NCBI GenBank assembly: GCA_034780895.1
Contig: JAUZTB010000118.1
Span: 61,290,804-61,354,803 of the forward strand
Length of the DNA: 64,000 nucleotides
Reading direction: 5' to 3'
Origin: Rhynchobatus australiae
Taxonomy: Eukaryota
Under the pieces are notes generated by a model that was given only the letters and a program-made list of their open reading frames with translations, had not been told where the DNA came from and did not search any database. A program made the position numbers and the translations under genes. This document shows, piece after piece, positions 1 to 12,479 of the stretch (position 1 is its first letter; each line of letters starts with the position of its first letter).

Positions 1-2956
1 CAAAGAAATTCAAAGAACAGGACATGTATACAAATTAGAAGAACGGAATTTAAGAACATCAGCAGGAAAAAAATTGATTTGTGTTTAAAAGAGCCTGCAT
101 AAAAAGGTAACAGATTTAAACATATACATATTTTTGAAATACAATGGGATGGGAAAACCAATATATCAGAAAGATGAGATTTCTTGCCAGAATGCCCTTT
201 TCCTAAATCAAATTGCTTTTTTGTGTGTATGGGATATCTTCGAAGTATTTGAATATTAAATATCCATATATAACTTGATCAGTCAGCATGTAGAAATTAT
301 ACTTCATTACCTAAACTAACACCCGTGCTGGAAATCAAACAAAAAATGAACAACAGACAGATTCAATAACAGAATGATTTTTAAATATTTACTTTTTCCC
401 TTCCTTTTTTATTATAAATTTGGAAACTCTGACTGGATTCTGTACTGCAAAACAGGAAACATATCCACAGCTGGAAGAGCATTTAATAAACAGAATGAAC
501 ACAGCACTTTCTCTAACTTTTCAATGCATCAACTACTACTGGCATTCAAAATGCACACAGAATGTCTGTGAAATACTAATCAAAATTAATTAAGTTGTTG
601 GAAAAGATTATTTTGAAATTTTGAGTTAAGGGAAATACTACATTAATTTTGGAGGAATTATCATCAGTGAGGAAAACAGATTCAAGGGATAATGCACAGC
701 TAAAAGAAAAATGGTAGTTGATTATGATAAACATAATGCATAAATGACACTAAGCTAGCTAAGGATGAATTTGCAGTCAATCTATTAGATGTCTAGATTC
801 TATTAGATACAATGCTAAACATGCACAGCATTCAATCAGTCCAACCAAACAGTTATAGAACTACACCAGCAAGCCGACTTCTTTGATACAGAACCTCTTA
901 AATAACAATTATTAGGAAGTAAAAGTGCACAAAAAAATTTATCAGATTCATATACTCAACCAGAGGCTTTTCATACAATGGATTGTTAATCTATTCTATA
1001 TTTACCCTGTTCAATTATATTTAAAAGTTCTTAATAGTAATTTTCATTTTTAACATTACTATTTAGTTTTTAACCTTAAAGTTCTGGCTTTTAATCCAGT
1101 ATCATGAACAAAGTTTAGCAGGATAGCATAAATTATATCACATCAGTAAAATTACTGAAACCAAGATATTTCTTATTCTTTCAGGTGTACCTAGCAAGGA
1201 TAGGATTAATGTTGGAATAAGTATATATTTTTTTAAATGGGAAACAATGTTAGATTATGAAATGAGAAGTTTCCATACAATTCATACAGGCATACCATAT
1301 TTCAGGTCTTATTTTCTGGTGCCATTGAGAGCTCAGTATTGGAGATCAAAGAACAGAGCAACAAGAAAAATACTGTCCAAATTCCCTTACTCCTGTCAAA
1401 ATAATAATACTATGAGCTCTGTTATTCCACAACTGCAATGTAGTAGATCTCATTAATACAACTTTTAAAATAATATAACAGATGCAAGCACAACTATTGG
1501 GATTATGGTGAATAAGGAAGATGGGCAACTCTAACCTATACACCATAGTTTGAGCTCCTTCTCCNNNNNNNNNNNNNNNNNNNNNNNNNNNNNNNNNNNN
1601 NNNNNNNNNNNNNNNNNNNNNNNNNNNNNNNNNNNNNNNNNNNNNNNNNNNNNNNNNNNNNNNNNNNNNNNNNNNNNNNNNNNNNNNNNNNNNNNNNNNN
1701 NNNNNNNNNNNNNNNNNNNNNNNNNNNNNNNNNNNNNNNNNNNNNNNNNNNNNNNNNNNNNNNNNNNNNNNNNNNNNNNNNNNNNNNNNNNNNNNNNNNN
1801 NNNNNNNNNNNNNNNNNNNNNNNNNNNNNNNNNNNNNNNNNNNNNNNNNNNNNNNNNNNNNNNNNNNNNNNNNNNNNNNNNNNNNNNNNNNNNNNNNNNN
1901 NNNNNNNNNNNNNNNNNNNNNNNNNNNNNNNNNNNNNNNNNNNNNNNNNNNNNNNNNNNNNNNNNNNNNNNNNNNNNNNNNNNNNNNNNNNNNNNNNNNN
2001 NNNNNNNNNNNNNNNNNNNNNNNNNNNNNNNNNNNNNNNNNNNNNNNNNNNNNNNNNNNNNNNNNNNNNNNNNNNNNNNTATAGGATAAATTACAACATT
2101 TACCATCAATAAACTACAAAACTGATAGCACATGCACAAGTTTCCGAACATAAATGTTGCTATCAATAATACCTTTCCTTTATGAAGTGTGATGGTAAAG
2201 TCCTTACTAACAGATGGAAATCTACTGAAATTAATAAACTGATGGGAACTTCAACATTTTATGCATTGTTCTCATTATAAGATCTGCAAAAAAGTTAAAT
2301 CTTCTGAATGCAATGTAAATGAGGTTTTAAAGCCAAACTAACTAATAATGAACAAACTCTCTGGTTCTGAAACATGTTATATTTATGGAAAGTCCATTTT
2401 TTAAAATCCATGATAAAAAAACGTTTTCTCTCTTTTTAAAAAAAAGTTTATGATATTTCGGCTTCTACCAAAACCTAGATATATGCTTTTTCTTGTAAAT
2501 CTATGAAACATGAAATAATATATCCTGCTTCTAACTTCCTGGTCTGCTATGAGGATTCCTCAATGGGTTTGGCTGATAACCGTGCATGATGACAACACCT
2601 CTGCTGAACCAGAGATGCTCCTGTAGCTGATACTAGATCAAAATTAAAATCAGCAAAGGGAAAATCCATGCCATGAAGATTGCAGATCACTTTGCCATGG
2701 GCAGTTAAAATACAGACCATCGCAACGTTAGAAATTTTTCTCCAGATAAAAGAATTCTCTCTACAAATATAAGTTTACAGAATTCCAAAAACCCCTCCCT
2801 CCCATTAGGTTTAAAAACATGGGAGCTTGTTGATCACTCTGGCTTAAATTAATATGCAGCTGCTGTTTTAAGCTCTGTGATCTTCACGTTTTTTCCCCTC
2901 TGGCATAGTTTATCAATTGTTGACAAAACAGTTCAGTGGGCCAGTAAATGAATTAC

Positions 2957-3073
2957 CTCTGCATCCTGCTCCCTTAGGCAATATTGCTTCTGTAACCTCT
3001 GCAGTGTTTGGGAAGACAGAGACTTCATCTCCAACAGAAATTCCAGGAACAAAACCAGTTGGTCTGGCAAAAG
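2957..3073 (-). CDS. AOPEP: Aminopeptidase O coding exon (117 nt, phase 0 to 0): LLPDQLVLFLEFLLEMKSLSSQTLQRLQKQYCLREQDAE
   Basis: ctctaatcatgactacctgcatttcag|CTTTTGCCAGAC...GATGCAGAG|gtaatt. Strong match to recalled human LLPDQLVLLLEHLLEQKTLSPRTLQSLQRTYHLQDQDAE (M1 peptidase C-terminal domain). Confidence 0.95.
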
Positions 3074-3377
3074 CTGAAATGCAGGTAGTCATGATTAGAG
3101 AAGTTATTGCTTAAGGGATAATGGCTGCTATGGTACAATATGTAAATATGATGCGCTCTGTAATTTGCATTTATTAAAACTCACACATACCATTTAGCCG
3201 TTTACAATACAGAACATTTCACAAGCAAAGCTTGCTAGTAGAAAACTTTAAATTCTATTTTAATTTTCTTGAGGATTTATATTTCTATTCTATAGGTACA
3301 CAAACTTTGAATGAAATGTCCTTGCAAATAATATTTCATCATTTAATTTCAATAAAATTGTCACTTGCCATTGCACT

Positions 3378-3470
3378 ACACAAAATGCTGGAGGAACTCA
3401 GCAGGTCAGGCAGTTTCTATGGAGAGAAATGAACAGTTGACCTTTTGGGTTAAGTCCCTTCATTAGGATT
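3378..3470. mobile_element. Penelope-associated short repeat (single arm)
   Basis: acacaaaatgctggaggaactcagcaggtcaggcag... recurs at about 9100, 13120, 17090, 19130, 29420, 31700, 59190 and 61250. Confidence 0.65.
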
Positions 3471-4089
3471 GGTTTAATTTTTTTTTGTTTTAAATGGCCC
3501 CCAGCCTGGAGGTGGCTGGACCGGAGTGGGATCCAGAGGGTGCCATTACAATATCCTCTCCCATTGAATAAAATCTTTCAGACACACCCTACAGCAAAGC
3601 CGAGTTTCTTGCCTTAATTCTAATTCAACTCACATTTGTTTATACTGGACTCTAAAGACATGAACAGGTGCTCTTGATGTGGCTACAAAGGACTAGCTTT
3701 GCACATTACATTCAACATAATATATCCAGGAACAGGCCAAGAATGAAGCAGTACTTTCTTTGTGTATCCATATATGGGGATGTATCATCACACGCTAGTG
3801 TTGTTGCCAGAAGTAATATTTAACATGACTAAGTATTACCCTTTTAAGCTGCTTTGAAGAACTGCTATTCTAAACTTAGCCCATCCCACTCTAGACAAAC
3901 AGCTCAACAAAAAGTCACACATCTTTTTTTATTCTAATGAAGAAAGGTCATTTTTCAAGTTACAAGAGGATTCAATTTTGCTATCCGTATTTGTCCAATT
4001 TTTATTATAGGCAAGTTATTCCCATTGGGTTATAATGGTGGAGGGTTTTGATCTCGTGACAACGAAGGCAGAGCGATAGATTTTCAAGT

Positions 4090-4610
4090 CATGATGGTAC
4101 ATTAGCAGCCCTTGTCCTTCAAGATGGTGGAGGGCACAGGTATAGATGTGAACTGCATTTTATGGAACGTATACACTGCAGCCACAGTGCGTCAGTGGTG
4201 CTGATAGTGAATGTACAGGATAGTGAACCGGACACCAATTAAGCAAGCTGTTTTGTCCTTGATAAACTCAAGCCACAAGAGTGCTGCTGGGTTGCAGTTG
4301 TTCAATCCTTGACCTAATCTTGAAACCATAATGTGTATATGGCTGGTCCAGTTAAGTTTCTGTTCTTCATTTCTGGGACATCGTATACTGAACATTTATC
4401 AATAACTGAAGACATTCCCCACTGTTGCGAGGACTCATGTTGAAGGGAAGATCACTGATGAAGCAACTGAAGTAAGCCTAGGACACTATCAAGCAGACAC
4501 TTGCACAATGCCCAAGGGCTGAAAGGACTAACCTCCAACAATCACAATCCTTTGTGCTAGGCATGATCTGAGTAAGTGGTGATCTTTCCACTTGAATCCC
4601 ATGAACAAGA
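4090..4610 (-). mobile_element. Old degenerate LINE fragment (CR1/L2 group)
   Basis: Similar to 17620-18260 and 57880-58080 (cttgtccttc...gcatttt...cagtggtgg), with no intact ORF. Confidence 0.5.
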
Positions 4611-6469
4611 TTAAAAATTTTGTCAATGCAAGTTATATGCAGTGCTCCGTAACCTTGAAGATGTTGGCACCTCCAAAAACACTTGACATTTCAATTCATC
4701 TAGTGTGGTGGAGAGATTTATCGCAAAACAAATAAATATATACAAACGAGACCTCTTATGTTTGCAACTTTGTGTGTTTAAACTGGTCTACCCAAGCAAA
4801 CAACCAACCATAAAATACACTAAAAACAGTGGTAACTGCAAATGATGTGAATAGCAGAGGAGGAGCATATTTCACCTTCAAATAAGAAAACTATATTTCT
4901 CATTTATAGTGGGAACTAATTATATCCCGCTGTCCCCACAATTTCCTCACATTCCTTGAATGTGGCATCTTCTGCTGTCTCTAAACTGCCAAACACTTAG
5001 TTAAGATCATCCTGCTGCTGATAATTTGCTTAAATGCTCCTTCATCTCTATTTTTAGATGTCTCACAATCACCATTTTTTTTACCTTTCATGGGTGAAAA
5101 ACTGAAGTGCACCTGCCAAGATGTTGGAATCACTATTCCTCACTCAGATCTCTTGGGCATGGAAAGCAGTCCCATCCAACTCAGCCAAATACTCCTACTA
5201 TTCCTGACAACTTATTACTGAAAAAATCTGTTGTGTTCTTTGGCTTCAGGTAGAGGGTCTTCTTAAACATACATATGACTTCTGCAGAAATTCCCAAGGA
5301 AGCCATGAACCATTTACAAACTCAATGTAACATTCTCATTATAACTTTCACGTTATTCTTTTTTGTAGATTCTGTGTCAATTCCTGAACTAGTTGAGAAA
5401 TTTTGGAACTCAAACAACACTAACAAATGTCCCAGCTTCTCTGTGATGTCTTCTTATTTCCAATGCAACCTTCTCTTTTTGCACCGATGTTGATCTTTTG
5501 GTTAACTAGAGATCCCTATTATCATTTTATTCAAACTTATTTACCAATGTTTTCATACGAATGCAAAGAAAACAGCTTTCCTAGCAGAGGAAATGCAATA
5601 TTTGTCTAAAGTAAATGAACAAATAACATTGATGTATACAGTACATTAGTACATAAACACAACAAATAATAAGCAAAAGTGTATAGGACAAATGATGACT
5701 TGGATCTTCTTGATATACTAGGAATAACTATATTTGCAACATCTAATGACAACAATTTGCACTTAATTAAAATAAACTAGCACTTTATGAAGAAAATAAA
5801 ATTCCAAATATGCTCATTACATTAGTGAAAGACTCCTTCACTTGTGTGAAAGCAACTATTTTGTCCTTCTGATAAATACTGATATACCAATCCTCGAGCT
5901 ACTTATAATTTTGCCCAATAAACCATTCTTTTTAAACAATAAATTATTTTGTTAGACCTCTCAGGCTCAGAGCTTGGAGAAGAAAAACAAGAACAATGCT
6001 CTGTTCTGGTCTGGACTTGTACTACATCACAAAACTTTGTATTTAACATACTACAAATGTATCAAGATTGAATAAAGAGAAAATCTGAGATCCAAATCTT
6101 GCTCAGCCAAAATATATTAGAATCACTGCAAAGTTCACCTGGTTTTGTGAATGTTTCCAGTGGAAACAAAAATATATATTAGTTTTTGAGAAAATAAAAC
6201 TTGTTCACTCTGTTATGTACCTCAGTAATAACATGCTTCCACAAATTACCACAAGAGATCCACTTTGGTTAGAATCATTAATTAATAATTATAATGGCTG
6301 CATTGTAGTCTAGATCCCATCATCCCTAATCTATCATCTGACATGCTCTGACATTCAAATTGCAAGGCTGGAGATGTGCTAGCTGGAAGAACGAAACCTT
6401 CAGCTCCATTCACATTGGAAGAAAAAAGAAGTCCTTGCATGTAGGGTGGCATTTCAGCAGGTTCTGAGG

Positions 6470-7260
6470 AATTGGGACAGTAGCACACCTAACTGTGCAG
6501 TTGTCTTGCAGCTCCAGTGACCCAGTTCAATCCTAACTTCCGATCAGAATTAGAATTATTATCACTGGCTTAGATTATGTGAAATTTGTTGTTTTGCAGC
6601 AGCAGTACCGTGCAAAGACATAAAATTATTATAAATTACAAATATATAGTGCAAACAAAAAGGAACAATGAGGGAGTGTTCATGGATTCATGGACCGTTC
6701 AGAAATCTAAAGGTGGAAGAGAAGCTGCTGCTTCTGAATCATTGAGTGTGGGTCTTCAGGATCCTGTACCTCCTCTATGATGGTAGTAACGGGAAGAGGG
6801 CACGTCCCAGATGTTGAGGGTCCTAAATGATGGATGCCGTCTTCTTGAGGCAGTGACTCTTGAAGATATTCTTGACAGTGAGGAGGATTATCTCTGTGAT
6901 GGAGCTGGCTGAGACTACAACCCTCTGCAGCCTCTTTCCATCCTGTGCATTGGAGCTTCCATACCATGCTGTGATGCAACCAGTCAGAATGCTTGCCACC
7001 GTACATCTATAGAAATGGAGTCTTTGGTGACGTACCGAATCTCCTCAAATTTCTAACAAAGTAGAGCCGCTGGCGTGCCCTAATTGGGCATTGTAAATTG
7101 CCCCTAATCAGCAAGCGAGTGGTAGAATCTGGCAGTTATTGATGGAAATGCAGGGAGAACAAAATAGGATTGATTTAGGATTATTATAAATGGATCCCTG
7201 ATGACCAGCACAGACTTAATGGTCTGAAGGTCCTATTTTTGCACTGTATGGCTCTATGGC
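6470..7260 (+). mobile_element. V-SINE-like element split by a Rex1/Babar insertion
   Basis: tRNA-like head (cagctccagtgacccagttcaatcct, ~6510-6535). The body resumes at ~7080 (attgtaaattgcccct...) and ends in a CR1-like tail (gaaggtcctatttttgcactgtatggctctatg). Confidence 0.55.
6545..7075 (-). mobile_element. Rex1/Babar-type LINE 3' fragment
   Basis: Minus strand encodes FYRCTVASILTGCITAWYGSSNAQDGKRLQRVVVSA, typical of the Rex1 RT C-terminus, followed by a 3' UTR. Confidence 0.7.
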
Positions 7261-7336
7261 TTCTTATCTTTTAATGGTGTGCACCCATGGAAAACAATGC
7301 AATCAGAACTGATATGGTTACATCAGAAAATGGCAT

Positions 7337-8750
7337 CATACATAGAAAACGGAAGAGTACAGCACAGGAACAGGCCCTTTGGCCCACAATGTCCATGCTG
7401 ACCATGATGCTAATTTAAATTGCACATCTGCCTGCACATGGGCCAATTCCCTCCACTCCTTTTCTGTTCATGTGACTGTCTAAATGCCTCTTAAACGTTG
7501 CTGTTGTATTTGCTTCCACCACCTCCCCTGGCAGCATGTTCCAGGCACTCACCACTCTCTGCATAAAAAGCTTGCCTCGTAGATCTCCTTTAAACTTTCC
7601 CCCCTCACCTTAAAGCTATGTCCCCTGGTATTTGACATATCCACCCTGACTATCTACCCTATCTACACTTCTCATAATTTTACAGACTTTTATCAGATCG
7701 TCCTCCAAATCATCAGAGAAAACAATCCAAGTTTGTTCAATGTCTCCTTTTAGCTGATACTTTCTAATCCATGCAACACCTAGGAGAACCTCTTCCATAC
7801 CATTTCTATAGCTTTTACATCGGTCCTGTAATGGGACAACCAAAACTGCATTCACTATTCCAAATGCGGCCTAACCAAAGTTTAAAACAGCTGCAATATG
7901 ACTTTCCAACTTTTTAATACTCAATGCCTTGATCAATGAAGGCAAGAATGCTGTATGCCTTCTTTACAACCCTATCTTCCTAAATGGCCATTCTCAGGGA
8001 GCTATAGACATACACCCCAAGATCCTCTGTACATTAATGCCCCTAAAGGTCCTGCAATTTACTGTGCATTTTCACCTTACAGTTGATCTACCAAAGTACA
8101 ACATTTTACATGTCTCTGATTAAACTCCATCTGCCATTTCTCTGCCCTTTTTTCCCCAATTGGTCTATATCCAGTTGTATCCTTTGACAACCTTGCTCAC
8201 TATCCACAACTTCATTTTTTTGTGTCTCCTGCAAATCTACTAATCAACCCACTTATATTTTCTTCCAAATCATTTACATATATTACAACAGATGTCCCAA
8301 GCAATGATCCCTGCAGAACACCACTGGTCACAGACCTCCAGTCAGAATAACGCTCCTCCACCACTACTCTGTTTTCTATAGCCAAGCCAACTTTGAATCC
8401 AATCTATCAAGTCTCCGTGACTCCCACGTGCCTTAGTCTTTTGTATCAGCCTACAATGAAGGACCTCGTTGAGTGATTTACTGAAGTCCGTGTGGACAAC
8501 ATCCACTGCCCCATCCTCATTGTCACCTCCTCAAAAAACTCAACTCAATTGTTACAAGACATGACCTCCCTCGCACAAAGGCATGCTGACTATCCCTAAC
8601 AGGTCCATACTTTTCCCGATACGATTCGATCCTATCCCAAAGAATCTTCTCCAATAATTTCCCTACTACTGATGTAAAGTCCCAGGCCTATAATTTCCTT
8701 GTTTACCTCTACTGCTCTTCTTAAACAAAGGAACAACATTTGCTATTCTA
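7337..8750 (-). mobile_element. CR1-type LINE, 5'-truncated, degenerate
   Basis: Inverted CR1 tail (catagaa...tacagcacaggaacaggccctttggccc) followed by RT-derived sequence homologous to the copies at 30120 and 52400. Confidence 0.85.
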
Positions 8751-9719
8751 AACCAAATAGAGGAAATAGAAATATGTCATGTGACCCCAGTCAAGGTCAA
8801 TGTAGATTCTATATCTCAAACCGTCTTTCCTCCCCAGTTCCCATACCTTGTATCTATGAAGAAACATTCAAGAATTTGTCAACCTTGGCCTCAAATATAC
8901 ACACAGACTGTGCAGTCACAGAACTCAAAAGTCGAGAATTCTTAAAAAAAAATCTTCCATATTACAATCTTCCACATTAAGGATTTTGCCCTCAATTACT
9001 GCTAAATGATGGATTCCTTATCCCACGACTATCTTCAAGTAAGAGGAAGCAGCCACTCATCATCCATCTTGTTAATACGTCTCTGAAGTTCAAAAGCAAA
9101 AAGGTGCAGATGCTGGAAATCGGAAGTAAAAACAGAAGAAATACTCAGTAACTCAGGCAGCAACTATGGAGGCATTGCAGATCAATGACCCCTCTTCAGA
9201 ACTAGGAAAAGCCATAACTTAAACATGTTTTAAGTTGCAGAGGGAGGGTGCACAGAAGAAACAAGATAAAAGATGAGATGAAAGGGGCAACTGTTCTGGA
9301 AAACTAGTGCAAACTCTATCTGCCCCACTGCTGTGTACAGCTGTGCTGAGAACCCAGCTGCATGTGCCTTGCCCAGCAGCTTCTGTCATCCTCCCTACCA
9401 GACTTTATTGCAAGGGGAATATCTATTATTGTCCATCCCCAAGGTCTGAATTCAACAGACTTGTGCTAAACCCTTAAAATGAAGACAAAGGCCTTCAGCA
9501 ATAGGGATTGCACTCTACATAGACTTTAGCAGCTTTCAAGACCCTAGGAAGCAAAAAATATTTGGAATGTTTGAAATATAACAAAAAAAATCAAACACTA
9601 ACCAAGTTGCAAGTAGATGATGATCTCTTTAAACAGTGTCTGTGGGGGTGATGGGGTGCCTCTGTGCTACTGAGCACATTCAGCTATGCAAGGTTCAGAG
9701 TGCATTAGCCAAATCCCTG

Positions 9720-11067
9720 AAGGCTTGATAGACCCACCTTCAAATTAATGCCAAATACCGACTTACGTCATGATCCACTTGCTGGCAAGGTGCCAAAAGA
9801 CTAGAGGATAGCAAATGTGCCTTTATTTAGGAAGGGCAGCAAGGATAGACCTGGTAATTATACACCAGTTACCCAACATCCATGGTAGATAAGTTGCTGG
9901 AAGGCATTCCAAGGGATAAGATATACTTGAATTTGGAAAGAAAGGGATTGATTAGGGGTAGACAACATGGCTTCATGCATGGGAGATCTTACCTTATGAA
10001 TTTGATTGGGGTATTTTATGAAATGATGAGGAAGGTTGATGAGGATAGGATGGTAGACATGTGGATATTAGTGGTGTTCCCCAGGGGTCGGTGCTGGGCC
10101 CATTGTTATTTGTCATCTATATTAACGATTTGGATGAGAATATATGAGAAATAGTTAGCAAGTTTGCAGATTACAATAAATTAGGTGGTGTCATAGACAG
10201 TGAAGGGGAGTACCAAGAATTGCAGTGGGATCTTGATCAGCTGGGTAGGTGGGCTGAGGAATGACAAATGGAATTTAATTCAGATAAGTACATTTTGCAA
10301 GGACAATCAAGGTAGGACTTTGACATTGAACGGAGAAGTCCTGGGTACTGTTGTAAAACAGAGGGACCTTGGAGTATAGGTACATAGTTCCCTTAAAGGG
10401 GAGTCACTGGTAGACAAGGCAGTGAAGGCGGCTTTTGGCAGGCTGGCCTTCATCAGTCAAGGCACTGAATATAGAAGTTGGGAGGTTATGTTGCAATTGT
10501 GTGAGACGTTGGTGAGGCCACACTTGAAACAGCGTTCAGATTTGGTCACCCCGTTATAGGAAGGATGTGATTAAACTAAAAAGACTGCAAAAAAAAGATT
10601 TACAAGGATGATGCCAGGACTCGAGTGACTGAGTTATAGGGAGAGGTTAGACAGGGTGGGCCTTTACTTCATGGAGCGGAGGAGACCGAGGGGTGATCTC
10701 ATGGAGATACATAAAATCATGAGGGGCATGGAGAAGGCGAGTGTTTTTTTTTCCAGGGTTGGGGAATCGAAAACGAGTGGATATAGTTTTAATGTTAGAA
10801 GTAAAAGGTTTAATAAGAATCTAATGGGCAACTGTTTTTTGTTTACACACAGCAGGTGGTAGGTATATGGAACCAGCTGCCAGAGGAAGTGGTTGAGGCA
10901 GGTACATCAGATACATTTAAGTACTGGACAGGTATATGAATGACAGGAGTTTAGAGGAACATAGGCCAAGTGCTGGGAAATGGGATTTGTTTGAATATAC
11001 ATCTTGGTTGGCATGGACAGGTATGAGCCAAAGAGCCTTTTACCATGCTGTATGACCCTACGACTCT
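9720..11067 (+). mobile_element. CR1-type LINE RT region and 3' tail
   Basis: RT fragments (GRQHGFMHGRSYLMNLI; gtggtgttccccaggggtcggtgctgggccca = GVPQGSVLGP; agcaagtttgcagat = SKFAD), ending in the tail ccatgctgtatgaccctacgactct. Confidence 0.9.
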
Positions 11068-11618
11068 GCTTACATCAGTCACTCATTAACTGCATATGCA
11101 TTAATGCCCTTGCCAACATAGCAAGGGTCATGGTGTGTACCAAATGCGAGACACATTGGCACCACAATGCCCAAAAAAATGGCACTGAGCCATATTTTTG
11201 GCCAAAGACTGAAAACTAGAACAGGACGGAATACTAAGGCATTCAAACATCCACAAGCCTTCCCCTTTTAGCTGATTGTTTGAACATATATTCTAGTGAA
11301 GTGCAATCAATATTCTAATGCAGTAAATCATCAGGCACTAGTGAAGATGCTGTCAGTGTGTAAATTGACCCCCAGCATGTCCATATTACACTTTTCAGTC
11401 ATGTTTCATTTTTAGGGAAGATGCTTGTCAATCTCTCAATGAATAAATTAATAAACAATGAAGGACATATTTTGCTTGTTTGAACATCATGACAGCTTCA
11501 GTAAATAGAGAACCCATATTAAGCAAACTCCAGCCTTATTATGATCTTATCACCAATAAAAACTGATACGATAGCTTTCAGAGTTCTCTTTAAACACATC
11601 TTAACATTTACCCCATAT

Positions 11619-11862
11619 GGGCAGCCCGGTAGCGTAGTGGTTAGTGCAATGCTATTACAGCGCCAGCGATCGGGGTTCGATTCCCGTCGCTGTCTGTAAG
11701 GAGTTTGCATGTTCTCCCATGTCTGTGTGGGTTTCCTCTGGGTGCTCCAGTTTCCTCCCACATTCTAAAGACGTACGGGTAGGTTAATTTGGGGTTTAAG
11801 ATGGGCAGTGTGGACTTGTTAGGCCGGAAGGGCCTGTTACCACACTGTACAATCTAAAAAAA
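11619..11862 (+). mobile_element. Young full-length tRNA-derived V-SINE (HE1-like)
   Basis: Pol III A box (GTAGCGTAGTGG) and B box (GGTTCGATTCCC), V-domain (gtgggtttcctctgggtgctccagtttcctcccaca), CR1-like 3' end (ggccggaagggcctgtt) and A-tail. CpGs are retained. Confidence 0.85.
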
Positions 11863-11867
11863 CTATA

Positions 11868-12292
11868 ACCAGTGTTAAGCAGTGACAGACAAGTACCTAC
11901 TAGCACTGTACCCATATTATTCAGGTACAGGCCTGTACCAACCAGTAATGTACCCACCAATACTCTACTCCACTTTTCTAGTGATAGGTCTGTGTCCACC
12001 AGTCCTGTACCCCACTGTTATACAGTGTCAGTCCTGTCTGCACCTGTACTATATTCAGAGTCAGAGTATCATACAGCACAAAATGGGTCCTTCAGCCCAC
12101 CATATCCATGCTGACCCTTTAGCCCGTCCACACTAATCCCATTTGCCCATTAGGACCATATCCTTCCATGCCTTGCCTATTTATGTTACACGTCAACAGG
12201 CCTGTACCCCGAGGTTATACAGTGACAAGCCTTTACCCCACAATGACAGATCTGTGCCCACCAGTTCTGTATCTCAGCATTATACATTGACA
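11868..12292. repeat. Degenerate ~35-40 bp minisatellite, interrupted by a CR1/SINE tail at ~12058-12185
   Basis: Recurrent unit approximately ttatacagtgacagacctgtacccaccagtactgtaccccagtg. Confidence 0.65.
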
Positions 12293-12479
12293 TGCTTTAA
12301 TGAGGTTCCTCTTTGCAGTGACGATTTAAATCACTCCACTCAAGAGAAAAACAGGAAATAAATGTTTGGCTGATGTATTTCTGGATCACGCCATCCACGT
12401 CAGGGCAGGTCCAGTGCTGAGTGAAACTCACTCTGCCTGTTTGACAGAAACCACTTTGGACGCTCTGGTTTTTCGGAGC

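Noticed and set aside
2917-3114. Plus-strand 65-aa ORF
   Set aside because: Antisense shadow of the real AOPEP exon at 2957-3073.
11629-11690. tRNA gene
   Set aside because: A and B boxes are present but continue into a V-SINE body and CR1-like tail, with no cloverleaf.
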